DNA from: a virus
Taxonomy: Duplodnaviria > Caudoviricetes
Length of the DNA stretch: 64,000 nucleotides
Virus record (IMG/VR): IMGVR_UViG_3300014059_000970
Coordinates: 1 to 64,000 of that record
Reading direction: 5' to 3' (one strand)
The notes beneath the pieces are model-generated. The model ran no database searches, was not told where the DNA came from, and was given only the letters and a program-made list of their open reading frames with translations. Of this stretch, positions 51,459 through 61,149 are shown piece by piece. Made by a program: the position numbers and the translations under genes. Numbering within the stretch: the stretch's first letter is position 1; each line of letters opens with the position of its first letter.

Positions 51459-52910
51459 CTAAAATTCTATGTCATCGCCTGGTTTATCGTCTTCTTCATC
51501 TGGACTTCCATACTTGTCTTTAACTAAAAATGCGTTTTCTCCTTCTGTTACTTTTGCTATAGCTCCTTGGAAATAACAATTTATATAGTCTAACGGATGT
51601 CGACCACCGCCATGACGCGCCTTTAATACTACTAACTTGTGAGTACCGGCACTTGGACAATCAGCCATTTCTTCTTCAGACTTTTCTTTGAAGATAGTAA
51701 AATTAGAACAGAGCCAAATAATTCTATCTGACCCGCTAGCAGCCGCCGTTGATTCTTTATCCACACCGTCGCGGTTTAACTGCAAAAACATTAATATTGG
51801 AATACCGTATCTGACAGCAAAATTATGCAGAGAGGTCATCATAAAGCCCAATAATTGGTATTCTTGTAGGGCGCTACTAATGCCTTCTGAATTCATCAAC
51901 TTAAGATAGTCATATACTATTACACAAGGCTTGGCCTTTCCACTACTATCTAGGCCCACATCCTTGACTATCCAACGCCTCATAACCGCTAATTGTTCCT
52001 CGAAAGGCATACCAGCGATTGACTTATGGAAATATGGTAATTTTTTCTTTTCTATCTCGGCAGCAGCCCGTTTGACCGATTCTTGTTCTTTTGGCTTTTG
52101 AGAGAATTTACCAGTTTCAATGTTGTAAATATAACATTCACTAGCCATAGCAAGAAGACGGTTAATATGGTCTTCTTTAGACATTTCCGTGTCCATATTT
52201 AAGACAGGAATATTGTGTTTGTCGGCTATATGAAAGCCCATATTGCCTGAAATAACGCTTTTACCAACACCAGAACGAGCGCCTATTAAATTAAGCGTGC
52301 CCTTTCTTAAACCACCACCTATAGAAGCGTCCCATAGTTTAAAGCCAGTTTCAACACCAACTTGGTCTAATGGATTATCTGCTAGAAACTGAACATAGTC
52401 GCTAAGCCCACTACTGATTTGAGACGGGGCCTCATCAACATCGTTTAGCAAAGACGAAAAGTCAAATATCTTATTTTCTGCAATGCTTAGAATAGATGCT
52501 ACACTTTCATCTCCAGTTATAGCATTAAGGTCGCTACCCGCCTCTTCTAGATGAGTTTTTAATAGTCTGGTTATTTCTAGCTTACGAATTTTCGCAGCAA
52601 ATCTACGGGCATTCTTTTCAGAAACCGCACAATTAAATAGGCTCTTTAAGTGATTCTGAAACTTAACATCATCAAAATAAGTATCTAGGCCCAGTTCACT
52701 ACCAGCGGACAGAATAGAAACAATATCTATCTTGTCTACGTTTTCGTGTTTAAAAATCTGTCTTATCGCAGCGTAGGCGTACTTATTATATTCAACCGTA
52801 AAAGTAGACTCTTGAATTAAATCCGCAATATCTAAATATACTTCTTGACCGTGCTGTGCCACGGCCGCTAAAACAGCGCGTTCTGCGGAAACATCTACTA
52901 ATACTTTCAT
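51459..52910 (-). CDS. dnaB: Replicative DNA helicase
   Basis: AERAVLA N-domain, GARSGVGKS Walker A, DTEM, VYDYLKL, QLNR, KARHG. Confidence 0.92.
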   Translation of the reverse strand: MKVLVDVSAERAVLAAVAQHGQEVYLDIADLIQESTFTVEYNKYAYAAIRQIFKHENVDKIDIVSILSAGSELGLDTYFDDVKFQNHLKSLFNCAVSEKNARRFAAKIRKLEITRLLKTHLEEAGSDLNAITGDESVASILSIAENKIFDFSSLLNDVDEAPSQISSGLSDYVQFLADNPLDQVGVETGFKLWDASIGGGLRKGTLNLIGARSGVGKSVISGNMGFHIADKHNIPVLNMDTEMSKEDHINRLLAMASECYIYNIETGKFSQKPKEQESVKRAAAEIEKKKLPYFHKSIAGMPFEEQLAVMRRWIVKDVGLDSSGKAKPCVIVYDYLKLMNSEGISSALQEYQLLGFMMTSLHNFAVRYGIPILMFLQLNRDGVDKESTAAASGSDRIIWLCSNFTIFKEKSEEEMADCPSAGTHKLVVLKARHGGGRHPLDYINCYFQGAIAKVTEGENAFLVKDKYGSPDEEDDKPGDDIEF

Positions 52911-53470
52911 TAATCCCTACCAGTTATACAACCATCACAAACATATCTTCTATGGGCAAGAGCCCCGCCAACTTCAAACTCCCTATGACAACGAACACAT
53001 TCAACTTCATATAATGTAGCGCGAGCCATTCTTTGGGCTGGCCTTCCTTTTTTAAGGGCCTCTTTATCTTCCTTTACCAAATGCTTATTTGCACTAAACT
53101 CTTCCATTTCAAGAAATACGTTCTTTCTTGGACCCGTATTTAATCCTTCTGTTCTACAGAATTTTTCTCCAACTCCTTTACTACCGCGTTTCTTTGGCCT
53201 AGAGCCTTTTCTTCTTGGAGATTCTTCTTCGTCATCATCGTCTTCCATTCGGATTTTTATTACTTTTTTCTTTGGCCTTTCGGTTGGCTCAAAGTCTTCT
53301 TCAAAATCCTCTTCAATTGGCTGGGACTTTGGTAATATAATCTTGTCTTTTCTAGGACGACCACGTTTCTTTGGAGTTTGTGAAACTTTTGGTTCGCTCG
53401 CTAAAGCAGCGGCAAAAGCAGCCTTTTGCTCATCTGATAGCGTTGCTAAAAAATCTTCCATCTGACCCAT
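52910..53470 (-). CDS. AT-hook, acidic-tract and zinc-finger protein
   Basis: PKKRGRPRK; EEDFEEDFE, EDDDDEEE; CVRC...CDGC. Confidence 0.55.
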   Translation of the reverse strand: MGQMEDFLATLSDEQKAAFAAALASEPKVSQTPKKRGRPRKDKIILPKSQPIEEDFEEDFEPTERPKKKVIKIRMEDDDDEEESPRRKGSRPKKRGSKGVGEKFCRTEGLNTGPRKNVFLEMEEFSANKHLVKEDKEALKKGRPAQRMARATLYEVECVRCHREFEVGGALAHRRYVCDGCITGRD

Positions 53471-53471
53471 A

Positions 53472-53966
53472 CTAACCTCTTTGATAACTCTTTGCTCTTT
53501 GTAAATTTTCTAATTTGTCCGACATCTTACTTATTGTAGTGCCGAGAAAACTTAATCTCTCTATTTTTTGTTCGCTGTATGATATAAGTTTTAACAACCT
53601 ATTAACTACTTGATTATCTCTTGCTATTAATCTACCGCGCATTTCATATCTAGTATAGGAATCGTAATCACTCCATTTGGCAGCTATGAAATAGTCTAGC
53701 TTATCTTTAAGCCATTTCAATGTCGCCGCCTCTTTATTATGAACGCGCTGAATATAGTATGAATACTGCGCCAATTGATATGCTTTTTCAGCACACTCAA
53801 CAGCGCCTAGTTTTTCTAATTGTGGATGCGTTAGGTTTAATATTTCTTCAGTTTCATTTGGAACCGTTGGTTTGCTTAAATTATGTATTGACTCGAACTC
53901 GTCCAATAACTTATGGGCAAGCTCCATTTGTTCTTCTAGGGTTTGGCTTTTAGCTTGTTCTTCCAT
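53472..53966 (-). CDS. Helical hypothetical protein (possible UvsY-like mediator)
   Basis: All-helical/coiled-coil character, lies between recombinase and helicase; function is a guess. Confidence 0.3.
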   Translation of the reverse strand: MEEQAKSQTLEEQMELAHKLLDEFESIHNLSKPTVPNETEEILNLTHPQLEKLGAVECAEKAYQLAQYSYYIQRVHNKEAATLKWLKDKLDYFIAAKWSDYDSYTRYEMRGRLIARDNQVVNRLLKLISYSEQKIERLSFLGTTISKMSDKLENLQRAKSYQRG

Positions 53967-54346
53967 TCTTCTTCTTTCTCATTGTATGGCAAAACTATCA
54001 GAGTTATACCATTAAGTTCGCACCATTCGGCCTTGTTTCTATCATTAGCTTGGCCCTTAAAAAAGTCCATTTTAGTATTGTGGTAAAGTGGGGTAAATTC
54101 ATAGTGTTGTCTACCATGGACTTCCACAGCTATACCAAGTGTAGGAATATAGAAGTCTAAAAATAGTTTCTTCTTTCCTTCTATGACAATGGGAATTTCT
54201 TCATAAATGCCACAGGTCGAATAAAGACTATGTAGTATTTCTTTTGCTTTGGCATGAGCCTTACTTGTTGGTCGTTTATTACCTTTTGCCAGTTTCTCTG
54301 GAATTTTCCAGTTTAACTCTTCTCCATCGAGCGTCTTAACTAACAT
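53936..54346 (-). CDS. DUF559/Vsr-like PD-(D/E)XK endonuclease
   Basis: LFLDFYIPTLGIAVEVHGRQHY...D..K.EWC..NGITLI. Confidence 0.75.
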   Translation of the reverse strand: MLVKTLDGEELNWKIPEKLAKGNKRPTSKAHAKAKEILHSLYSTCGIYEEIPIVIEGKKKLFLDFYIPTLGIAVEVHGRQHYEFTPLYHNTKMDFFKGQANDRNKAEWCELNGITLIVLPYNEKEEEWKNKLKAKP

Positions 54347-54704
54347 AGACGTAATATACCCATACCTTTTTGTTATGTTTTTTAGCTAGTTCTATCATAT
54401 GCTTACTGCCTTTAGAAACGCCGTCATATAAAACCAATACAGAATCTCCTAATTCGGCCATATCTTCGTTTCTTCTATATCCTGCACCTTTTCCGTATTT
54501 ATCCCATTCAGCAGGCATTATTGTAAGGGTTTTATTTAATTTCGTAGCAAGTATTTCTCCTAGTTTGTCGGCTCCATTTGCTCCACCAGATATAATTTCT
54601 GTAACTTCATTCCTTACGATATCTCCTAGGTCTAAAGTTAAAATAGCGTTATATAAATGTTGAATATTAACAATTGTTCTAGAGCCGGCTATAACTAATT
54701 TCAT
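54336..54704 (-). CDS. SLOG/YspA-like (DUF2493) protein
   Basis: IAGSR, IISGGANGAD, AEWDKYGKGAGYRRN, DGVSKGS.HM. Confidence 0.85.
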   Translation of the reverse strand: MKLVIAGSRTIVNIQHLYNAILTLDLGDIVRNEVTEIISGGANGADKLGEILATKLNKTLTIMPAEWDKYGKGAGYRRNEDMAELGDSVLVLYDGVSKGSKHMIELAKKHNKKVWVYYVYVS

Positions 54705-55660
54705 CCTAGCATTTCCTTTACTTTAGCAAGCATGTCTTTATATAGGTCTTTGTCATCTTTTAATAGATTACGGGCCTTTTCTTTACCCTGAGCCTGTCTG
54801 CCGTCTGGAAACTTTAACCATGCGCCGGATTTAGCAACAATTCCTATATCTATAAGCATTGATAGAAGGTCATAGTATTCATCTAGGGCTTCACCATATC
54901 TCAATAGAGTTGTAGTTTTACCTCCAGGTGGTCCTAGCGCAGAAGTATCGCATTGCCAGTGCATAAGTTGCCCAACCTGCTTATCGCCGTCCATGAACGC
55001 CTCGACGTGAGTGACTTTCAATTTAACGTCCGCCGCATATTGTATTTTTTGACCAGACGCCTCCATCCATGTAGCGGGTCCGTTGCCCTGATTTGCAATT
55101 AAATGCGTGATACATATTAGAATGTTATTCTGGACGGGCAAGATATTCGCTGCCCGTTTGGTTAATGTAGCAAGCATCAGCGGAATATCATCACGAAATC
55201 TTTCGGAAATCGTGCCCGCGTGACGGCTCGACGAACAAAGTTGTGATGCGGAGTCTAGTATAAACACAGAATTCTCTTCTGTCTCTATCAAATTCATCAG
55301 AATTTCAAGATAGTCGTCTCCGCTTAAGATTTTCTTTTTAGTAGATTTGATAATCTCTATTTTATCTTTATCTAAACTCAGCCCTGGAATTCCTTTTAGG
55401 TCGCGTGGCTTAAGTCTTCCTTCTACGTTTAGATAATATACCTTACAGCCAGCCTGTTGAGCCTTGGCTGCGAAATGTAAAACGCTTGTAGTCTTACCTA
55501 ATTTCTTCTGTCCAGTTACAATAACGAAAGACCCAAGTGGAATTCCGCCGCCTAAAACTATGTCTAGGTTTGGGCTAAAATTAATAACTGGCTTAACTTC
55601 ATCTGCTAAATCTTGTGCTGACGTAAACGCATGTTTGTAGTCTGCTCTAATATCACCCAT
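54701..55660 (-). CDS. recA: RecA/UvsX-like recombinase
   Basis: LDIVLGGGIP.G, GQKKLGKTT, ILDS, SGQKIQYAADV, GIVAKSGAW. Confidence 0.85.
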   Translation of the reverse strand: MGDIRADYKHAFTSAQDLADEVKPVINFSPNLDIVLGGGIPLGSFVIVTGQKKLGKTTSVLHFAAKAQQAGCKVYYLNVEGRLKPRDLKGIPGLSLDKDKIEIIKSTKKKILSGDDYLEILMNLIETEENSVFILDSASQLCSSSRHAGTISERFRDDIPLMLATLTKRAANILPVQNNILICITHLIANQGNGPATWMEASGQKIQYAADVKLKVTHVEAFMDGDKQVGQLMHWQCDTSALGPPGGKTTTLLRYGEALDEYYDLLSMLIDIGIVAKSGAWLKFPDGRQAQGKEKARNLLKDDKDLYKDMLAKVKEMLG

Positions 55661-56057
55661 CTAATTTATCCAATAATGTTTTCTTGTTATTAGGACGTTG
55701 AAAATTCTCTCCACCAATATTGTCCTCTACTATTGGTTTTTTAACTTCCTTCTCAATCTTCAATTGATATTCTTTAATAACCGGTAAAAGCCAAGGCGCT
55801 CCAAGACTGTAGATTTTTGAAGTTCTTTTGTCCCGAAGCGCCTTTATTATAGCCGAGTCTGAATAATTGTCTAATAGCTTTTTTGCAAGATTTGTTTGAG
55901 AACGATAAAACTGTTTCCATTGAGGCTGTTCCCAAAACTTAACCGGAAGTTCCCGTTTCGTTTGTTGTGCGTTTTTTTCACAAATTAACTCACATATATA
56001 TTGAAGTGGAGTTATCTCTTTTCCCGGCGAATATTTAGACTTATACTTCTTTGACAT
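55653..56057 (-). CDS. Hypothetical protein
   Basis: Coupled operon ORF. Confidence 0.55.
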   Translation of the reverse strand: MSKKYKSKYSPGKEITPLQYICELICEKNAQQTKRELPVKFWEQPQWKQFYRSQTNLAKKLLDNYSDSAIIKALRDKRTSKIYSLGAPWLLPVIKEYQLKIEKEVKKPIVEDNIGGENFQRPNNKKTLLDKLDG

Positions 56058-56442
56058 TATTAGTCTTCTTTGCTTTTACTCCCTTTACTGCTTTTAAAAC
56101 TTCAGCATGTTTTTCTAAAGAATTAAAATCGTTTAAAAGAGCCTCTCCAGCGGCTTTAACAGAAGCAATAATGTCTTCTCTTTCTTCAGTTGTAATATTT
56201 GTTTCTTTTCCAGCAATAACTACGGCTTGTAGAGCGTTCTCTTTTTCTAGTTCTTCTACTCTTGCTTGTAGCGTAGCAATCTTGCCTTCAGCAATTTCTA
56301 AAGCACCGCCTAATTCTTCCGCTATCTCAAAATTTTGTTTAGCAATTAGTTTAGCTAATTCTAAATCAAACTCTAATGAGGTTATAACTTCCTCTTGACT
56401 TGGCCCATTAACAGAGGCCACATTTCTTACTGACTTATTCAT
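56041..56442 (-). CDS. Coiled-coil hypothetical protein
   Basis: Heptad-like Glu/Ala/Leu-rich sequence. Confidence 0.5.
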   Translation of the reverse strand: MNKSVRNVASVNGPSQEEVITSLEFDLELAKLIAKQNFEIAEELGGALEIAEGKIATLQARVEELEKENALQAVVIAGKETNITTEEREDIIASVKAAGEALLNDFNSLEKHAEVLKAVKGVKAKKTNNVKEV

Positions 56443-56956
56443 TTTCTAATCCTTTTGGTACTGCATGTTCTTGTCTAAAAATATGGTCGTCTACATTCTT
56501 ACTAGTAATACGAGTTCTTCTAATTTCGTCCATTGTTTCAGAGGCCGTACTATTCATAATAGCTATGCCCTTTCTTCCGCCTTCTGATTTTCTAGTTAAT
56601 AGACTGCCGGGATTAATTCTCTTTAGGGCAACTCCTACTAGGTAGTCGACATGGCCTAAATTAGCTGGTTCTGTTAACTTACCCTTAATATACTTAATGC
56701 ATGATAAGGCGTCCATCTTTGGCATACCTTGTTCAATTAACTTATCGTATACCGCCTTTTCAACATCCTTTGGAACAAAACCATTTTCTTTTGCATTTAA
56801 TTCCCTGACGTTAGATAGGTTTTCATCTATATACTTTCTTACTACCGTCTCGCTTCTAGCTGTCTTATTAGCTATCTTTGTTACAGAAAGACCGGCTTCA
56901 ACCATTGCGGTAATTGCCCACTTTTCTGTTTCTGTTAGTGCTGTGCCTCTAGCCAT
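56435..56956 (-). CDS. HTH-domain protein
   Basis: LTETEK..I..MVEAGLSVTKIANKTARSETVVRKYI. Confidence 0.6.
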   Translation of the reverse strand: MARGTALTETEKWAITAMVEAGLSVTKIANKTARSETVVRKYIDENLSNVRELNAKENGFVPKDVEKAVYDKLIEQGMPKMDALSCIKYIKGKLTEPANLGHVDYLVGVALKRINPGSLLTRKSEGGRKGIAIMNSTASETMDEIRRTRITSKNVDDHIFRQEHAVPKGLENE

Positions 56957-56964
56957 TTTATCTC

Positions 56965-57333
56965 CTATACCGTATTGTCTTTAGCTATTCTATTCGCTTG
57001 TAAAAATAACTTTTCTTGTTTTGTTGTTAAAAATCCAACATATAAATCAAACGCCTCTTGATTGACTTTCTTAAATCGTCCAAGTTTGTTCTTTTGTTGG
57101 AACATGGCATTAATTGGATTCATTAATTGGCCATTATCGTCTACCCTCAATTCCCTTCTTACGCCACAACATCTGGCATAAGTAAATTCATTTTCTTTTG
57201 TTTGGGTATAATTTCCGTCCTTTACTACTACATTGTCTTTACTGTCCTTTCCCTTCATAGTATAGTATGTCACTACTTCTGTTGGTTTAATTGGTTCAGC
57301 AAACGACTGGACTGTTCCTGTACGTTCTTTCAT
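56965..57333 (-). CDS. Hypothetical protein
   Basis: Operon ORF with AAGGA RBS. Confidence 0.55.
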   Translation of the reverse strand: MKERTGTVQSFAEPIKPTEVVTYYTMKGKDSKDNVVVKDGNYTQTKENEFTYARCCGVRRELRVDDNGQLMNPINAMFQQKNKLGRFKKVNQEAFDLYVGFLTTKQEKLFLQANRIAKDNTV

Positions 57334-57344
57334 TGGTTTTCCTT

Positions 57345-57680
57345 TTAATTAGATTTTCTTTGTCCATCCGAGTCCCGCTCGAATGTCTTCATCCCATCTC
57401 CGAGTTTGCCAGTAAATGGCTTGTTCCTATACTCGTTATGTTTCTTATTTAAAAACGCCTTATGGTCTTCACTCATAGAAGATGAATTTTTATCCATCAA
57501 CGAACCTAGAGTATGTGGCGTACTTATTACTATACCTCCGTATAGCCTAGAAACAGCGTCGTTTTTCTGACAAGACGGACAATTTGGCTTAAGCCCAATA
57601 ATCTCGTCCATCTTACAGCTAATCTCAAATTGAGACCCACACCCGCCATCTTCCTCGTAACACTCAAAATCGTAATCCAT
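57345..57680 (-). CDS. FmdB-family zinc ribbon protein
   Basis: YDFEC...CGSQFE...CPSC...SRL. Confidence 0.7.
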   Translation of the reverse strand: MDYDFECYEEDGGCGSQFEISCKMDEIIGLKPNCPSCQKNDAVSRLYGGIVISTPHTLGSLMDKNSSSMSEDHKAFLNKKHNEYRNKPFTGKLGDGMKTFERDSDGQRKSN

Positions 57681-57691
57681 AAAATCCTATA

Positions 57692-59116
57692 TTATAGTAA
57701 GTAGTTACCTGTGTCTCTGATTGGAACGCCGCTCCAGTTGCTCACATTATGTGTTCTCCAGTAATAAGTACCAGAAGAAGATGGATGAATAAGTCCTGTT
57801 ATTTCTGCTAGGCTACCAATTGTAATCCATGGTCTTGTATTAGACACTGTAACATTTGGGAACTGAGTTGGCTTACCTCTTAATTTAAGAGCTTGTCTTT
57901 GAATTTTATCACAATTCTCTAATATTAGTTTAATACCGCCATAGGCATCAACTAGCCATGTTTCTGATTGAGACGTATAGCTATTATATGATAGTTTAAC
58001 ATCTTCAAACTTAATAACTGCTGCGGTTTCTGTATAAATACCAGATGGCTGCCAGCTAGTCATATCTAGTAGTTTAGCTGAAAGAGCATTATTATCACAC
58101 TTTACATTTTTAAATGTATAGTTGTCGTTATTTTCGCCGGGGCCGGCACCAATTAGTTCTAATATTCTTACGTTGGGTTGTGTTACTAAAATGTCATCAC
58201 AATAAAATGTGCCGCCGTGCTTTGCTACAACAGCACTGTGCTTTCTAGGAGTAGTCCAAGCTAGTCCGAACTCAAATTTTTGAACGTGGTGACCAATAGC
58301 TTGTTCTGATGAAATTAGGAAGCCAGTTGTGCAGTCGGTCATATACACGTCTGTCCATAAACAGTGGTCATTATTTCCAGCAAAAATTTCGCCTGAAGCA
58401 GCCAACGAAACGCCAATTTCGCAATTCATAATATTAATTGATTCAAATTGGGCTTTAGTAGTTCCTAAACCAGCAACGGCTCCATGGGCTAGTAAAATAC
58501 CTACAACTCCTGTTCCCATAACTGTTCTAGTTGGAGAGCCGATTAAAGAAACACTGTCCCATGTTAAACCTTGGCCAGAAATACAAACCATTGGTTGATG
58601 AGGTCCACCGTGCCAAACAAGTCTAGAAGAAGGACCAAATAAAGGATGAACTTGACCGTCGATAGTTCCAACACTGTTTCCTAGACCTTGTATTCTACCG
58701 CCCATTTGGTATGGGAAGTTAATTGTACTAGAAATTCTATAGGCTTTACCTGGAACAAAAACACCAAATCCACTAGCAAAGGCAGCGTTAATACAGTTTT
58801 GAATAGCGGTTGTACTTTCTGCGTTAGCAACAGCTCCAAAACTTTCAATATTCAAATACCCGCCACTTAAAGTAGCTCCACTTATATTATAAGTGTTGCT
58901 AGTAACTGTATTATCATAATAATTATTAACAACAGGAACATATCCATCGCCGGCCTGCCATCCAGTACCCACTATTTCGCCAAAAGCGTCTTGAGTGCCT
59001 AGTCTTACAACCGTAGTTATTGAAGTGGTGCCCTTATTAAAGGTAATACCAGAGATGTTTTGTTCGCCTTGTATAGCCATTGTGCTTATTATAATATGTA
59101 GGATATTGGTTGTCAT
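57692..59116 (-). CDS. Pectate-lyase-3-like beta-helix protein (tailspike/depolymerase-like; alternative start 59080)
   Basis: NIESFGAV...STTAIQNCIN....GVFVPGKAYRISSTI motif followed by beta-helix-like repeats. Confidence 0.7.
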   Translation of the reverse strand: MTTNILHIIISTMAIQGEQNISGITFNKGTTSITTVVRLGTQDAFGEIVGTGWQAGDGYVPVVNNYYDNTVTSNTYNISGATLSGGYLNIESFGAVANAESTTAIQNCINAAFASGFGVFVPGKAYRISSTINFPYQMGGRIQGLGNSVGTIDGQVHPLFGPSSRLVWHGGPHQPMVCISGQGLTWDSVSLIGSPTRTVMGTGVVGILLAHGAVAGLGTTKAQFESINIMNCEIGVSLAASGEIFAGNNDHCLWTDVYMTDCTTGFLISSEQAIGHHVQKFEFGLAWTTPRKHSAVVAKHGGTFYCDDILVTQPNVRILELIGAGPGENNDNYTFKNVKCDNNALSAKLLDMTSWQPSGIYTETAAVIKFEDVKLSYNSYTSQSETWLVDAYGGIKLILENCDKIQRQALKLRGKPTQFPNVTVSNTRPWITIGSLAEITGLIHPSSSGTYYWRTHNVSNWSGVPIRDTGNYLL

Positions 59117-59210
59117 TTCTACATACTAGTACACCAATCTGCAATTTTTTGAAATTGACACATAACTAGTTACCACTAATAGCTTTACGCTTATTTAGCA
59201 GGTTTTTATA

Positions 59211-59909
59211 CTAAAAAAGGCCCTTATATTTACAAACCTTATAACACTGCTCTACATATTGCTCGTCTGTCATAGCCATTTTACTATGGTTGATTAATTT
59301 ATGAACCCATTGTACGTTTTCTTCGCTATATCCTTTAGAGCTGTCTTTTCTATCAAGAGAAGCTGTTTTTTCTGGATAAAAAGATAAAACTTGTCCAGAT
59401 AATGCGCATTTTCTTTCTTGTTTTAGAAATAAATCCCAAATATATTCTATAGAAATATTGAAGTAAATATTCCTTAATTCCGCATTTGCTCTAATTTGTG
59501 AAAAATGCCCTCCCGATATTTCTCCATGACCACACCAGTCTCTATGATTTTCTCTTGTTTGTCTATGTAAACATCCGCAAGATATCCTTTGTGTTATTTT
59601 TTGAGCTTTTAATTTAATTTTGTTTCCGCATTCACATTCACATTCACACATGGTGTGATTTATATTATCGTATTTTTCTTTATATATATTAGTAACTGTT
59701 AATTTACCAAATTTATCGTTAATTTTGGTTTTACATTTTTTACTAGATTTTCTAACTTCAATTTTATAATGATGTAAGTAATTTAGTATTGTTTGTCCTC
59801 CACACCCATACATCTCCCCTATTTTATCTGACGATAAGCCTTGTTTTACATATAGGTCATTTAGTATTTTAGGAGTTATCTCCTTGATGAATTTTTTCTT
59901 TTTTGGCAT
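59211..59909 (-). mobile_element. HNH-type homing endonuclease-like protein
   Basis: KFGKLTV, CECECG, SCGC, KQERKCALSG...ASLDRKDSSKGY..NVQWVHKLIN. Confidence 0.75.
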
Positions 59910-59914
59910 GATAT

Positions 59915-59924
59915 ATTATACACC
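59915..59924 (-). promoter_or_regulatory. Promoter-like motif GGTGTATAAT, 5 nt before ATG (possible leaderless mRNA)
   Basis: - strand reads GGTGTATAAT-ATATC-ATG in an 18-nt intergenic gap; no SD sequence. Confidence 0.55.
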
Positions 59925-59927
59925 AAA

Positions 59928-60521
59928 TTATTTTACTCTTACTAAATTTTTGTAAAGTGGAGTCATATAGGGAACCCATTTTTCGCTTATTTTTGACCAA
60001 GGAGAAAGTCCCAAAATAAACTGTTGTGGACCTGGCTCTTTAGGTTCTTTTAATAAGGTCATATTTGCCTCTTTTGGAGTTCTATTAGCCTTTCTTCTAT
60101 TACAGGTCATACAGCAAGTTACTATATTTGTCCAATTTGTTGGGGTTCCCTTATAGCCTTTTTTCTTCCAAGTTTCTCTAGGAACCACATGGTCGTAAGT
60201 AAGATGCTCTCCATCTATTGATTGGTGACCGCAATAACAACAAGTCATCTGGTCTCTTAAAAAGACGTGTTTTCTAGAAAACGACAGCTTTTTCTTGTCC
60301 TGCCTAATATAGACCGGAGAACGAACTACTGCTGGAATAGGAAAATGTCTTCCACCACAAGTTAGAACTGAATCGTCATAGTAATCTATAACTTCAAGTC
60401 CTTCTCTTGGATTCTCCATATTAACAATTGCTTGAACTACCGCTCGTTTCCATTCTATTGTTGCCAAGGCACTAAAATCTGCGTTAAGCATCAGTACCCG
60501 TCTGTTGTGCTGTTTCCTCAT
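59928..60521 (-). CDS. HNH endonuclease (McrA-like)
   Basis: VLMLNADF, FSRKHVFLRD..CCYCG, TYDHVVP, WTNIVTCCMTCNRRKANRTP. Confidence 0.85.
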   Translation of the reverse strand: MRKQHNRRVLMLNADFSALATIEWKRAVVQAIVNMENPREGLEVIDYYDDSVLTCGGRHFPIPAVVRSPVYIRQDKKKLSFSRKHVFLRDQMTCCYCGHQSIDGEHLTYDHVVPRETWKKKGYKGTPTNWTNIVTCCMTCNRRKANRTPKEANMTLLKEPKEPGPQQFILGLSPWSKISEKWVPYMTPLYKNLVRVK

Positions 60522-61149
60522 TAAGTCTATCCAATATCTTTTGAATTATTGGCTCCCTTACAATGTCCGAGTTATTTAAATTAACCATTCCTATGCCTTC
60601 AATGTCATACAATTTAGACATTAAAATCTGCATTCCGCCCTGTTTTTCTTTGAAAAGGTCGCTCTGGAATATGTCTCCAGATAGTACCATTTTACTACCG
60701 TAGCCCATTCTTGTCAAGCCCAAAATTAGCTGGTCATAGGTACAATTCTGAACTTCGTCAAAAATAATGAAAGAGTTTTTGAAAGTAAGACCGCGCATAT
60801 ATCCGAATGGAACTATGTCGATTACTTTTGTAGCAACCATAGTCTCTATCTCTTTCTTGGTTGCGACTTCAGATATAATGTCCATTACTGGTCTGATATA
60901 TGGAGTTAGATTTTCTTCTATATTTCCAGGTAAGTGTCCGGTTGGTAGGTCGGACTGTACTAATGGTCTGCTGATTATAAGTTTGTCGTATTTTTTAGCA
61001 AGTAGGGCGTTGATACCAAACAATGTTGCTAAAAATGTTTTTCCTGTTCCTGCTGGTCCGTTACAAAATGTTATTTTATTTTTTAATAATGAATCTAAAT
61101 ATAGTTGTTGGTTATCTGTTTTGGGTTGAATAGTATTCTTGTTCTTCAT
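60484..61149 (-). CDS. phoH: PhoH-family ATPase
   Basis: PKTDNQ..Y, GPAGTGKT, GHLPG, YMRGLTF, DEVQN, GD..QSDL. Confidence 0.92.
   Translation of the reverse strand: MKNKNTIQPKTDNQQLYLDSLLKNKITFCNGPAGTGKTFLATLFGINALLAKKYDKLIISRPLVQSDLPTGHLPGNIEENLTPYIRPVMDIISEVATKKEIETMVATKVIDIVPFGYMRGLTFKNSFIIFDEVQNCTYDQLILGLTRMGYGSKMVLSGDIFQSDLFKEKQGGMQILMSKLYDIEGIGMVNLNNSDIVREPIIQKILDRLNEETAQQTGTDA

Noticed and set aside
59155-59185. TTGACA as a + strand sigma70 promoter
   Set aside because: No well-spaced -10 element and no + strand gene downstream.
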